NCBI GenBank assembly: GCA_965230295.1
Contig: OZ246001.1
Location: 320,001-384,000, forward strand
Reading direction: 5' to 3'
From: Marinicella sp.
GTDB lineage: Bacteria > Pseudomonadota > Gammaproteobacteria > Xanthomonadales > Marinicellaceae
DNA length: 64,000 nt
Shown here: piece by piece, positions 8,384 to 18,797 of the stretch
Numbering within the stretch: the first letter of the stretch is position 1
Layout of the letters: the number at the start of each line of letters is the position of its first letter
Notes under the pieces: model-generated
Told to the model about the DNA's origin: nothing
What the model saw: only the letters and a program-made list of their open reading frames with translations
Database searches by the model: none
Position numbers and translations under genes: made by a program

Positions 8384-9690
8384 CAGGCATCACTCCTGTT
8401 GGTTTTACTTTGTGCGGCAGTCCGTTGTGAACGAATGAATGATAATTTTTGTCCGATTTTCTGTTCCAGGCCGCTGTCTGCCGGATGGTAATAGGCTTGT
8501 TCGCCCATCTTTTCAGGAAAACCGGTTTGGCTGTATGCAACCCCACCTGACGAATCATGATCATATTGGTAACCTGCACCATAACCGGATTCTTTCATTA
8601 GTTTGGTCGGGGCATTGCGCAAATGCATAGGTACTGGCAAAGTTCCATATTTCGACACGTCAGCCTGGGCCATTTTAAATGCGGTATACACGGCATTTGA
8701 TTTAGGACAACTGGCCAAATAAGCCACAGCTTGTGCCAAAGCCAAATCACCTTCCGGAGGTCCCAGTCGTTCATAACTTTGCCAAGCATCCAGACACATG
8801 GATATGGCACGGGGGTCTGCGTTACCGATGTCTTCACTGGCCATGCGCAAGATCCTGCGGGCCAAGTAAAACGGATCACAACCACCATCTAACATCCGCG
8901 CTAACCAATACAAGGCAGCATCAGGGTTGCTGCTCCTGACACACTTGTGCAAAGCTGAAATTTGTTCATAAAATTCATCACCGGCTTTATCGAAACGCCT
9001 GGCTTGACCTGAGGTTACCAAACCTATGTGCTGCTCATTGACCACACCTTCAGTCACATAGTCTTGTAGTATTTCCAATAAGCCCAGGAGTTTGCGACCA
9101 TCACCATCAGCAGCTCTGACCAAGGTCATTTGCTGCTCATCAGTCATTTCCAATGGACACGCGGCTGCGGCTATACTCTGTTGCAAGAGCTGCAGCAAAT
9201 CTTCATCAGCCAAACTGTTGAGGATGTATACCTTCAAGCGCGACAACAACGCATTGTTCAATGCAAATGACGGGTTCTCAGTAGTGGCACCTATCAAGGT
9301 GATCAAACCACTTTCTAAATGAGGTAAGAAGGCATCTTGTTGAGATTTATTGAACCGGTGTATCTCATCAACAAACAGCAAAGTGCTTTGTGGCAAGGCT
9401 TGTTTGGCTTGCTCAATGGCACTGCGGATGTCTTTGACACCAGACAAGACCGCAGATAAATTAATCAGGTTGGTATCCATGGCCTGGCTGATGATTCTGG
9501 CCAAGGTGGTTTTACCAGTTCCCGGAGGTCCCCAAAATACCATGGAGTGTAAGGTTTGATTTTCCAACATCCGCGCCAAAGGCTTACCACCGGCCACCAG
9601 ATGTTGTTGGCCCACCACTTCAGCCAATGTTTTTGGCCGCAACAAGTCAGCCAACGGTTGGTGCTTCATACCCGCAGTCAAATCATTCAT
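8383..9690 (-). CDS. rarA: Replication-associated recombination protein A (MgsA)
   Basis: PLADLLRP, GPPGTGKTT, FVDEIHRFNKSQQD, ASEDIGNADP. Confidence 0.97.
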   Translation of the reverse strand: MNDLTAGMKHQPLADLLRPKTLAEVVGQQHLVAGGKPLARMLENQTLHSMVFWGPPGTGKTTLARIISQAMDTNLINLSAVLSGVKDIRSAIEQAKQALPQSTLLFVDEIHRFNKSQQDAFLPHLESGLITLIGATTENPSFALNNALLSRLKVYILNSLADEDLLQLLQQSIAAAACPLEMTDEQQMTLVRAADGDGRKLLGLLEILQDYVTEGVVNEQHIGLVTSGQARRFDKAGDEFYEQISALHKCVRSSNPDAALYWLARMLDGGCDPFYLARRILRMASEDIGNADPRAISMCLDAWQSYERLGPPEGDLALAQAVAYLASCPKSNAVYTAFKMAQADVSKYGTLPVPMHLRNAPTKLMKESGYGAGYQYDHDSSGGVAYSQTGFPEKMGEQAYYHPADSGLEQKIGQKLSFIRSQRTAAQSKTNRSDA

Positions 9691-10352
9691 TCATCAATGG
9701 CTTTGATGACATCAACACCTTCAGGCGGAACAAATTGAAACATGGCAGCCTCAAGTTCCGGATTCTTGTTAATCTCAGTAAACTCAAATACCATGGTTTG
9801 ACCAAAATTATTGTGAACTTTGATTTGTGTGATGACATCCTGTTTAACCGCCAACCACACCGACTTGACTTCTTCATTGCGCACTTTAGGCGTCAAACTG
9901 ACCCAATCGATGCCTTCTTTGAAGGCTTCATGTTTGATGTCATAATGCTGTTGGGATTTTTCATCATTGATGATGACATAAATGGGGTTGAGCTCATTGT
10001 CTTGTGTCTTGACCGTCACCTGTTCAAGGTCTTCATCATAGACCCACACATTTTCACCATCTGCCACGATCAATTGTTCTATCGGGTCTTTGTAGTGCCA
10101 GCGGAATTTGTCTGGTGATTGCATCCACACCATCCCTGCATTGGGATCAAGCTGTTCTTGATTTTCTGCCAGCTCATATTGGACAAAGGTTGCTTCCAAC
10201 CCGGTCAGATCTTTTCTGACCCCTGCCAGTAAAGCCAGTGGGTCAGTCTGTGATACTTCGACAGCTGCTACTTGGGGCTCTGCTTGTTCATTTTGTGCTG
10301 TTGTCAACATTGAGACACTGATCAACCACATCACCATAACAATTTTATTCAT
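9687..10352 (-). CDS. lolA: Outer-membrane lipoprotein carrier LolA
   Basis: Signal peptide, PDKFRWHY, QLIVADGENVWVYDEDLEQVT, FQFVPPEGVDV. Confidence 0.93.
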   Translation of the reverse strand: MNKIVMVMWLISVSMLTTAQNEQAEPQVAAVEVSQTDPLALLAGVRKDLTGLEATFVQYELAENQEQLDPNAGMVWMQSPDKFRWHYKDPIEQLIVADGENVWVYDEDLEQVTVKTQDNELNPIYVIINDEKSQQHYDIKHEAFKEGIDWVSLTPKVRNEEVKSVWLAVKQDVITQIKVHNNFGQTMVFEFTEINKNPELEAAMFQFVPPEGVDVIKAIDE

Positions 10353-10453
10353 GGATTTAACCTGTTCAAAACAGTTATTTTACCCAAACAACCTGAACTA
10401 AAGCTAAATTATTTTTAACACACCGGGCTACCAGACGAAGTCTGGAAAATACA

Positions 10454-10481
10454 TTGACAAAAATGTGCAAAGCTTTAAACT
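10454..10481 (+). promoter_or_regulatory. Candidate sigma70 promoter for the adhesin/tail-collar operon
   Basis: TTGACA-16 bp-TAAACT about 90 bp upstream of ATG 10570. Confidence 0.5.
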
Positions 10482-10569
10482 TAATAAAAGGGTAATGAAG
10501 GCAGGCAAATCACTGTATTTTATGTCTTCTGAGAAAAATAAATACAAATAAAATTTTAAAGGGGTAAAA

Positions 10570-13500
10570 ATGGGCCGTCACATCACAGCAGCGTTCTGCT
10601 TTCTCTCATGCATTGCATTTTCTTCTGTTCAAGCGCAAGATCGTTACTATCATGTTTACATCGACAGTGACAATGAAACCACCACTGGGTGTGATGTCAA
10701 CATCCCGGATTTTGCCACCACACTTAATGGCATAGACTCAAGGGTCACCATCACCACCAACAGTGCTTTACCACCTGCCATTACCAACAGCAGTATACAC
10801 ACCTGTACGGGTGCCGCCTTTGATGCGGGTGTGCCCGTTAATGCGGCTGCATTGGGCTTCAACACGGGCTTCAACGGTTCTGATGTGTTTGAGACCAGTA
10901 TTGACCGAACTGATTTGCTTCACACTTCGCAACGCAGCCTGCGCGCTTATTTTGCCACCGACACTGCGGTTGCAGATGATGTGGTGCTGACCAACAGTGG
11001 CGGTGGTGCAATCCTGTTGGGATTCCCTTTTGCCATCCCTACTCTCAGTCTATTCGGTTTATTGCTGATTGCCATGCTGGTTTTACTGGCTTCAAGAAAA
11101 CAGCTCCACAAGCGAATCATGGTTTCTGTGGTATTGGTTGGCGTAGCGACAGTGGCGCTTGCCATGAGCATTGTGGTCGATGGTCAAACCAATGACTGGA
11201 TGAATATCGGGCCGGCTAACACCGATCCCGTTGGTGACACTTCTGCAGCAGGTAATTATGCAGATTTAACTGCCGTCTATTTGACTCAACAAAATGATGT
11301 CATTTTCTTCCGCATGGATGTATCCGATTTGGAAAACCAGGCACCCACAATCACCACAGCTGCAGCAGTCAGCGTGGTTGAAAACCAGACAGCAGTTATT
11401 GATGTCAATTCAACTGACCCAGAAGGCGATGTTGAAGGCGCTGGTTTAAGCTACACCATCACAGGTGCTGTTGATGATGCCCTGTTCACAATCAACCCCA
11501 ACACTGGAGTTCTGACTTTCCTGGTAGCGCCAGATTTCGAAAACCCAAGTGATGTGGGTGCAGACAATGTGTATAACGTGCAAGTCACAGTGACCGACTC
11601 TGGGGCCGCCACCGATGTACAAGACCTGGCTGTCACCGTCACCAATGATGTGGTGGATGACACTTCCGTGGCATTCCAAACAGCCAACAGCAACACCGTT
11701 GATGAAGGCACTGCATTGAATGTGGTTGTACAGCTAACTGCATCAGCACCACTGACAGCGGCGGTATCTATCGACGTAGTGGATGCTGGCGGTGGTTCTG
11801 CCACCAGTGGCTCTGATTACACCGCATTCGGCACACAAACGGTGACGTTCCCAATGGGCGCCACCAATGGCACAACACAGAATGTCATTTTGACTCCCAA
11901 TGATGATGTCAATGTAGAAAACAACGAAACTGTCAATCTACAACTGCAAAATATCAGTGGCCCGGCATTAATTGGCAGCCAAACGGCTCATGTGGTCAGT
12001 ATCACAGAAGATGATGTGGCAACAGTTGAATTTGATACCGCTGCCAGTGGCACAGTTGATGAAAACACTCCATTGGATATAACTGTACGATTAAACATTC
12101 CCAGTGGCGGGCAGTTAGATGTTGCCGTCAGTGCAGATGTGGTTGATGCAGGCACCGGAACCGCGACCAGTGGGGTTGATTACACCGCTTTTGGTACCCA
12201 AATGGTGACATTCCCAATTGGCTCAACCAACGCCAATACACAAAACACAACGCTAACGCCATTGGATGATCCTAATTCAAAAGGCAATGAAACAGTCGAT
12301 TTAGCTTTACAAAATTTAACCGGACCACCAGCGGCATCACTGGGTACTCAAACCACCCACACAGTCACCATTACTGATGATGAAGCCGCAGTATCATTCC
12401 AAGTTACCAGCAGCTCAACGGTAGATGAAGGCACTAACCTGAATGTGGCCGTGGTATTGAGCACACCAATTCCCTTAACGGCACCAGTTTCAGTGGATGT
12501 GATTGACGTTGGTGGTGGATCTGCCATCAGTGGCACAGATTTCATCGCCTTTGGCACCCAAACTGTGACTTTCCCATTGGGTTCAACCAATGGCACCATC
12601 CAAAATGCGGTGTTATCGCCGATTGATGACAACAATGTAGAAAACAATGAAACCGTGAATTTAGAGCTACAAAACCTGGTTGGTACTGGATCGATAGGCA
12701 CTCAAAACACACACACAGTGACCATCACAGAAGACGACACAGCCAGTGTGGCATTCCAAGCGGCCAGCAGTGCAACGGTCAATGAAGGTACGCCACTGAA
12801 TATCAGTGTATTATTGACCATCCCGAGTGGTGGCCAATTAGACATCGCAGTTTCTGCCGATGTGATCGATGCAGGTGGTGGATCAGCCACCAGTGGTGTT
12901 GATTACAATGTTTTTGGCACCCAAGCCATAACATTTCCTGTGGGTACTGGAAACGGTGCCACACAAACCTCAACTTTAACGCCCATCGATGATCCAAATT
13001 CAGAAGGCAATGAAACGGTCAATTTGGCGTTGCAGAATCTAGTTGGACCCATTTCGGCTTCCTTAGGAGCGCCAACCGCCCACACGGCCACGATCACCGA
13101 TGACGAAGCTTCTGTGGTGTTCCAAAATATTGCCAGCTCGACCATTGATGAAGGCACAGCTTTGAATATACCAGTGGTGTTATCAACCCCAATTCCATTG
13201 GGTGCACCTTTGTCTGTTGATGTGGTCGATGCCGGCGGTGGGTCAGCCACCAGTGCTGCAGATTACACGGCCATTGGCACACAAACCGTCACTTTCCCAA
13301 TGGGTTCTACCAATGGTGCCACGCAGAATGCCAATTTCAACCCCATCGATGACACCAATGTTGAAAACAATGAGACGGTCAATTTACAGTTACAAAATCT
13401 GGTTGGTTCAGGTTCGATTGGCACCCAATCCACACAAACCATCACCATCACTGAAAATGATACTGCCACGGTTGAATTCCAGGCTGCCAACAGCGCCACA

Positions 13501-16500
13501 GTAGATGAAAGCACTGCACTGAATATCAATGTGCTATTAAACATCCCCAGTGGTGGCCAGTTAGATGTTGCGATCACTCTGGATGCCATTGATGCCGGTG
13601 GTGGTTCTGCCACCAGTGGTGTAGATTACACCGCTTTTGGCACCCAAATGCTGACTTTCCCTGTTGGTTCAAACGATGGTGCGACACAAAACACCACACT
13701 CACCCCGCTTGATGATGTTGCTACCGAAGGTGACGAAACGGTTAATTTACAGTTGCAAAACCTGGCTGGGCCAATACTGGCTGGTTTGGGTGCACAGACC
13801 ACCCACACCGCCACCATCACTGATGATGACAACACCGCCCCAACGGCCAACCCGGACAGCTATGAAACAATTGGTAACACCGGGCTCAATGCCACTGCAG
13901 GTGCACCATCCACTCCGATACTGCACCCCCAGAATTTGATTTTCAACGACACCGACCCAGAATTGGATCCATTGGTGGTGTCTGAAGCCATGGGTGACTT
14001 GACAGCTCCATTCACAGGAACAGGTACTATGGGCGGTGATGTCGTGGTGCAAGCCAATGGTGATTTCACCTACTACCCACCAGTGGGTGTAACCGGCATT
14101 ACTGACACCTTTGATTACACCGTCAGTGATGGCAGCCTCACTTCATCAGCAACCGTATCAATCACCGTCACAGCCGATTTGGTTTATTATGTAGATAACA
14201 CCGCTGCAGCTGGTGGTACCGGTCGAGATGATGCTCGTTTTGACCAACTGTCAGATGTTCCGGCGGCAGCTGCCAACACCACTGTCTTTGTTTTCCAAGG
14301 TGCCGGTGATACCACAGGTGCCATCACCATGGGAGCCAACCAAGTCTTGATTGGTAATGGTGTCAATCTGGAATTCAATGTCAACAACACCTTACCCAAT
14401 CCAGATGTTTTGATTCCTGCTGCTGGTCGTCCAACATTAACCGGAACCTCAACTTTGGGCACCAACAACACCATCAGGGGCCTGAACATTGGTAACACGG
14501 GTGCTCAGACAGGCATCACAGGTAACAACTTTGGTACCGCCACCATCAACAATGTGGCCATCAACGGTACCGGAAAAGCCCTTGACTTAACCACCGGTAC
14601 AGCAGCAATGACTTTTGATTCAATTGCTTCAACCAACAGTGCTTCTGAGGGTGTTGACCTCAGTGAAGTGAGTGGTAATTTCACAGTTACGGGACTGACA
14701 AACATCACCAATCCAGCACAAATTGGGGTGAACATCCAAAATTCCAATTTGATCTATACTTTTGGCGACGTCACAGTGAACAACCGCAACAGTGCAGGTG
14801 TGTTCATCAATGCCTTCACTGGTGGAACTCAAACCGGTACATTCGGTAATGTGGTCATCAACAACCAAAACACCTCTCCTTCCACGGCCTTTGGCATCGA
14901 CAACACGGTTACTGGTGGTAGTATCATCAATGTGGCCAGCGTGGCCATCGACAACAATGGGTCTAACAGTTCAGCCATCGCCCTGTCTAACAACGATGGC
15001 GCCACCATCAACATCAATGGCGGCAGCGTACAAGGTGCAGCGGGTGCGGCTGTGAGTATATCCAGCAGTGCAGGCAATGCAACTTATGCAGGATCGATCA
15101 ACAACACAGCTGGACGTTCACTACAGGTGTTGAACAACACAGGTGGTGTGACCACCCTATCAGGAAACATCACTGATTCCGGGACTGGCATATTCGTAAA
15201 TAACAACACTGGATCCACCATCAACTTCTCAGGAACCATTGACTTAGACACCACCACCAATACCGCATTCACAGCAACTGGCGGTGGTACCGTAAATGCC
15301 ACTGGCAGTAGCAGCACCATCAACACCAGCAGTGGCATCGCAGTGGATGTGCAAAATACCACCATTGGAGCCAGTAACCTGACATTCCAAAGCATCTCTG
15401 CCGGGACTGGTGCAGGCACAGCAGGGGTTGGCATCAACTTGGTCAATACGGGAAATGCAGGTGGTTTGGCTGTTACAGGAGTGGCCTCCAACGCCAGTTC
15501 TGGCGGTGTCATTCAAAATAAAAATGGCGCCAATGGCAGCACCGCTGGAGGCATTGGTATTCACCTGAACAACACCAGTAACGTTTCACTGAGAAACATG
15601 CAATTGGGCGGCTTTGATAATTTCGCCATACGTGGCACCACAGTGACCAACTTCACCATGATCGATTCTGTGGTCAATGCCAACAGCGGTAATTCAGCAG
15701 CCGATGATGAAGGCGCCATCAGTTTCACCAACCTGTTGGGTACGTCAGTCTTTTCAGGCAACAATGTGGCTGGTGGTTTTGAGGACCAAATCAAAATAAC
15801 CAATACCACAGGAACCTCCAGCATCACCGTTAATGACAGCGCCAATGATGCAGCTGTGATTGGCCTGGATGCCAACCCGGCAGGTACCAATGGCAATGAT
15901 GGCATCTTGGTCGAAAGCCAGATGGCTGCACAAATTAATTTAACCGTAGATGGTGTTGAATTCTTGGGCGCCCGTGGTGACATGATACAAACCAATGCAT
16001 TGAATACATCAAACTTCACGACTTTGATTCAAAACAACAGTTTCAATAACAGCCACCCTAACATTGTACCTGGCGGTGGCGGCATCACCTTATCCGGTGG
16101 TGGGGCGGGTGCCAACATCACCAAAGGCTATGATGTGTTGAATTCCAATTTCACCGGGGCTGTGGGCAATGCCACCACAGTTAATTTTGTTTCAGGTGCT
16201 GGTACCGTCAGTGGCGAAGTCACTAACAACATGGTCGGCACCAATGGTGTACCAGCCTCTGGCTCCACAACTGCCAGCGGGATTTCGATTGGTGCCTCAG
16301 CCAATGTACAACACAACACCACCATTGATAATAATCAGGTCAGGGGTGTCAGTGGTTTTGCCGGCATTGAAACCGTAGCCAATACCGATGTCAACTTCAA
16401 TGCCACCATCATCAATAATGTGGTTGAACAACTGGCAGGAAATGTACTCGGTGCCATGTACAACCTGGTTGGCGGAGCAGGCACTGAAACGGGTACTGCT

Positions 16501-16797
16501 TGCTTAGATGTAAGAAGTAATACTTTTGATGCCAGTGCTGCCCCATTTGCGGGCCACGCCGTATTAAAAGATCAGATCAGTGCTACTGCCAACTTCAATT
16601 TGCCAGGTTATACCGGATCGCCTAACGGCGAATTTGCCTTTGCTTGTGCAACTGGCACTGCCGGTGTTAATGCTGGGGCCCATCATGCCGGAAATTTCAA
16701 TACCATGACCAATGGGCCCTTCCCGTTTATTGTTGGTGGTGTGGATGCCACCATTGTTTGTGGCATGACAGGCATAGGCACCAGCTGCCCGCAATAA
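10570..16797 (+). CDS. Giant surface/adhesin-like protein: signal peptide, internal IPTL-TM segment, cadherin-like domain, six Calx-beta-like repeats, Ig-like domain, beta-helix region
   Basis: 2075 aa. AIPTLSLFGLLL at aa 155-166; NQAPTIT..DFENP..VTND cadherin pattern; SATSGxDY..TFP..DD..E.NETV repeats; NTAPTANPD..DTFDYTVSDG; N/T/G-rich C-terminal half. Confidence 0.85.
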   Translation: MGRHITAAFCFLSCIAFSSVQAQDRYYHVYIDSDNETTTGCDVNIPDFATTLNGIDSRVTITTNSALPPAITNSSIHTCTGAAFDAGVPVNAAALGFNTGFNGSDVFETSIDRTDLLHTSQRSLRAYFATDTAVADDVVLTNSGGGAILLGFPFAIPTLSLFGLLLIAMLVLLASRKQLHKRIMVSVVLVGVATVALAMSIVVDGQTNDWMNIGPANTDPVGDTSAAGNYADLTAVYLTQQNDVIFFRMDVSDLENQAPTITTAAAVSVVENQTAVIDVNSTDPEGDVEGAGLSYTITGAVDDALFTINPNTGVLTFLVAPDFENPSDVGADNVYNVQVTVTDSGAATDVQDLAVTVTNDVVDDTSVAFQTANSNTVDEGTALNVVVQLTASAPLTAAVSIDVVDAGGGSATSGSDYTAFGTQTVTFPMGATNGTTQNVILTPNDDVNVENNETVNLQLQNISGPALIGSQTAHVVSITEDDVATVEFDTAASGTVDENTPLDITVRLNIPSGGQLDVAVSADVVDAGTGTATSGVDYTAFGTQMVTFPIGSTNANTQNTTLTPLDDPNSKGNETVDLALQNLTGPPAASLGTQTTHTVTITDDEAAVSFQVTSSSTVDEGTNLNVAVVLSTPIPLTAPVSVDVIDVGGGSAISGTDFIAFGTQTVTFPLGSTNGTIQNAVLSPIDDNNVENNETVNLELQNLVGTGSIGTQNTHTVTITEDDTASVAFQAASSATVNEGTPLNISVLLTIPSGGQLDIAVSADVIDAGGGSATSGVDYNVFGTQAITFPVGTGNGATQTSTLTPIDDPNSEGNETVNLALQNLVGPISASLGAPTAHTATITDDEASVVFQNIASSTIDEGTALNIPVVLSTPIPLGAPLSVDVVDAGGGSATSAADYTAIGTQTVTFPMGSTNGATQNANFNPIDDTNVENNETVNLQLQNLVGSGSIGTQSTQTITITENDTATVEFQAANSATVDESTALNINVLLNIPSGGQLDVAITLDAIDAGGGSATSGVDYTAFGTQMLTFPVGSNDGATQNTTLTPLDDVATEGDETVNLQLQNLAGPILAGLGAQTTHTATITDDDNTAPTANPDSYETIGNTGLNATAGAPSTPILHPQNLIFNDTDPELDPLVVSEAMGDLTAPFTGTGTMGGDVVVQANGDFTYYPPVGVTGITDTFDYTVSDGSLTSSATVSITVTADLVYYVDNTAAAGGTGRDDARFDQLSDVPAAAANTTVFVFQGAGDTTGAITMGANQVLIGNGVNLEFNVNNTLPNPDVLIPAAGRPTLTGTSTLGTNNTIRGLNIGNTGAQTGITGNNFGTATINNVAINGTGKALDLTTGTAAMTFDSIASTNSASEGVDLSEVSGNFTVTGLTNITNPAQIGVNIQNSNLIYTFGDVTVNNRNSAGVFINAFTGGTQTGTFGNVVINNQNTSPSTAFGIDNTVTGGSIINVASVAIDNNGSNSSAIALSNNDGATININGGSVQGAAGAAVSISSSAGNATYAGSINNTAGRSLQVLNNTGGVTTLSGNITDSGTGIFVNNNTGSTINFSGTIDLDTTTNTAFTATGGGTVNATGSSSTINTSSGIAVDVQNTTIGASNLTFQSISAGTGAGTAGVGINLVNTGNAGGLAVTGVASNASSGGVIQNKNGANGSTAGGIGIHLNNTSNVSLRNMQLGGFDNFAIRGTTVTNFTMIDSVVNANSGNSAADDEGAISFTNLLGTSVFSGNNVAGGFEDQIKITNTTGTSSITVNDSANDAAVIGLDANPAGTNGNDGILVESQMAAQINLTVDGVEFLGARGDMIQTNALNTSNFTTLIQNNSFNNSHPNIVPGGGGITLSGGGAGANITKGYDVLNSNFTGAVGNATTVNFVSGAGTVSGEVTNNMVGTNGVPASGSTTASGISIGASANVQHNTTIDNNQVRGVSGFAGIETVANTDVNFNATIINNVVEQLAGNVLGAMYNLVGGAGTETGTACLDVRSNTFDASAAPFAGHAVLKDQISATANFNLPGYTGSPNGEFAFACATGTAGVNAGAHHAGNFNTMTNGPFPFIVGGVDATIVCGMTGIGTSCPQ
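11665..13830 (+). repeat. Six Calx-beta-like coding repeats arranged (AB)3 with a 723-bp period
   Basis: Equivalent Phe codons at 11674, 12031, 12397, 12754, 13120 and 13477 (alternating 357/366 bp spacing). Confidence 0.9.
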
Positions 16798-16871
16798 ACA
16801 CAATAATATTGTGAAGCTGCATATGTTTTTGTTGTATAATAAAGTAGATATATTTTAAAGGGGGATATCAA

Positions 16872-17378
16872 ATGTCAGAACCATTTTTGGCCGAAATCAG
16901 GATGATGGGCTTTAATTTCGCACCCAGAGGATGGGCACTTTGTGATGGACAAATCTTGCCCATCAACCAAAACCAGTCGCTGTATTCGTTGTTGGGAACC
17001 ACCTATGGTGGTGATGGCCGCACTTCATTCGCATTGCCTGAGTTGCGTGGCCGCACACCTATCCATGTAGGACAAGACGGTGGGAGCAGTTTTACCGAGG
17101 GTCAACAGGGCGGCGAGGAAGCCCATACACTGACCATCAGTGAAATACCACAACACAAGCATGACGTACACACGTCAGCCAATGATGGTAATGCACCGAT
17201 TCCTGTAGACAATACCTTGGGTGGCTTTAACAACGGTTATAACAGTGGCAGCAACCTGCTTAACATGACCAATGAAGTGGCCAATGCTGGCGGCGGCCAA
17301 GCTCATAACAACATGCAACCTACCTTGGCGGTGAATTTTTGTATCGCCCTACAAGGTTTGTTCCCACCAAGAAACTAG
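16872..17378 (+). CDS. Phage tail-collar domain protein (MdpB/microcystin-dependent protein-like), copy 1
   Basis: MSEPFLAEIR..FNFAPRGWALCDGQ..SLLGTTYGGDG..FALPELRGR; PQHKH; NFCIALQGLFP. Confidence 0.92.
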   Translation: MSEPFLAEIRMMGFNFAPRGWALCDGQILPINQNQSLYSLLGTTYGGDGRTSFALPELRGRTPIHVGQDGGSSFTEGQQGGEEAHTLTISEIPQHKHDVHTSANDGNAPIPVDNTLGGFNNGYNSGSNLLNMTNEVANAGGGQAHNNMQPTLAVNFCIALQGLFPPRN

Positions 17379-17387
17379 GAGGTCATC

Positions 17388-17906
17388 ATGTCAGAACCAT
17401 TTGTAGGCGAAATCAGAATGTTTGCCGGGAACTTTGCCCCTCGTGGCTGGGCTTTTTGTGATGGGCAATTACTTGCTGTGTCGCAGAATGACGCTTTATT
17501 TTCACTGTTGGGTACCATCTATGGCGGTGATGGCCGAACCACTTTTGGCTTACCGGATATGCGAGGTCGCATTCCCAACCATGCAGGAACTGGCCCTGGC
17601 CTTTCACCCAGACCACTTGGACAAAAAACGGGCAGTGAAAATGAAACTTTAACCGTTAATCAACTGCCATCACACAATCATGACATGTCGGTATCGACAG
17701 ATGCAGGTACTCAGAGCACCAGCAACGGGCAATATTTGGCCTCATCGCCGAATGTGCGTATTTTCAGACCAGCCGGTCCCAACAGTTCACTGTTGAATAC
17801 ATCAGTGACTAACTTTGGAGGCAGCGGTTCACACGCCAACGTGATGCCATTTTTGTGTGTGAATTTTATCATCGCATTGGTTGGAATTTATCCAAGTCGC
17901 ACCTAA
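17388..17906 (+). CDS. Phage tail-collar domain protein, copy 2
   Basis: Same motifs; PSHNH; AGGAGG RBS. Confidence 0.92.
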   Translation: MSEPFVGEIRMFAGNFAPRGWAFCDGQLLAVSQNDALFSLLGTIYGGDGRTTFGLPDMRGRIPNHAGTGPGLSPRPLGQKTGSENETLTVNQLPSHNHDMSVSTDAGTQSTSNGQYLASSPNVRIFRPAGPNSSLLNTSVTNFGGSGSHANVMPFLCVNFIIALVGIYPSRT

Positions 17907-17916
17907 GGAGCTTATC

Positions 17917-18441
17917 ATGTCAGAACCATTTATTGCAGAAATCAGAATATTCGCAGGTAACTTTGCTCCCAGGAGCTGGGCCTTTTGTAATGGCCAATTG
18001 TTACCTATTGCACAAAACACCGCATTGTTTTCTTTGATCGGCACCACATATGGTGGTGATGGAAGAACCACCACTGCCTTACCTAACTTACAAGGCCGTG
18101 CACCCATGCACCCTGGCCGTGGGCCAGGACTCACAGATCGACGACTGGGTCAAAAAGGTGGTACGGAAACCGTCACCCTTAACGATAATCAGATACCAAG
18201 TCATAACCACAACCTCAACACTTCTACATCACCAGGTACCTCTTTCAGTCCAACAGCGTCTGCTTATTTATCAAGAAGTGTGGGCGGCAATGCATATGAC
18301 AGTGGTGACAACTTGAGCAGTGAAATGAACACTGGCGCCTTACAAAACATGGGCGGCAGCCAGGCTCACAACAACATGCAACCTTTCTTGGCGATTAATT
18401 ACATCATCGCTCTGCAAGGATTGTATCCTTCCAGAGGTTAA
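17917..18441 (+). CDS. Phage tail-collar domain protein, copy 3
   Basis: Start moved to ATG 17917 (MSEPF, AAGGAG RBS); same motifs; PSHNH. Confidence 0.92.
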   Translation: MSEPFIAEIRIFAGNFAPRSWAFCNGQLLPIAQNTALFSLIGTTYGGDGRTTTALPNLQGRAPMHPGRGPGLTDRRLGQKGGTETVTLNDNQIPSHNHNLNTSTSPGTSFSPTASAYLSRSVGGNAYDSGDNLSSEMNTGALQNMGGSQAHNNMQPFLAINYIIALQGLYPSRG

Positions 18442-18443
18442 TC

Positions 18444-18797
18444 ATGAACAGAAGAAATTTTGCCAAAAACATCATCGGTGGTTTAGGACTGTCAATGGTT
18501 GCAGGTCAAACCGTACACGCTGCCAACTCTGAAAAATCAGCACAGCCCTTTGAGGCCGGACACCAAATGCAAACAGCTGATGGCATGAAAATGACACTCA
18601 GCCAGCACTCTTTAGCCACCCAAAATCAGGATCGCCAACAGTTCATTTTGACATTTGATGTGCACAATAACACCGCACCATTAACTGAGAAAATATACCG
18701 ATTGAAAGATCATAACGGAGTGAACCATGAGATCTTTATGAGCCCTGTAGGTAAACAAAAACTACAAGCCTTATTCAATTGGAGAACTCATGCATGA
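18444..18797 (+). CDS. Tat-signal protein, DUF6916-like
   Basis: MNRRNFAK twin-arginine leader ending VHA; QFILTF..IYRL..EIFMSPVG..LQALFN. Confidence 0.7.
   Translation: MNRRNFAKNIIGGLGLSMVAGQTVHAANSEKSAQPFEAGHQMQTADGMKMTLSQHSLATQNQDRQQFILTFDVHNNTAPLTEKIYRLKDHNGVNHEIFMSPVGKQKLQALFNWRTHA

Noticed and set aside
11446-16325. Recurrent antisense ORFs (MAEPPPAS..., MADPPPAS...)
   Set aside because: Shadows of the repeated, codon-biased sense gene.
16872-18441. Prophage, tailocin or contractile injection system suggested by tail-collar genes
   Set aside because: No sheath, tube, baseplate, capsid, terminase, lysis or integrase genes in the window.
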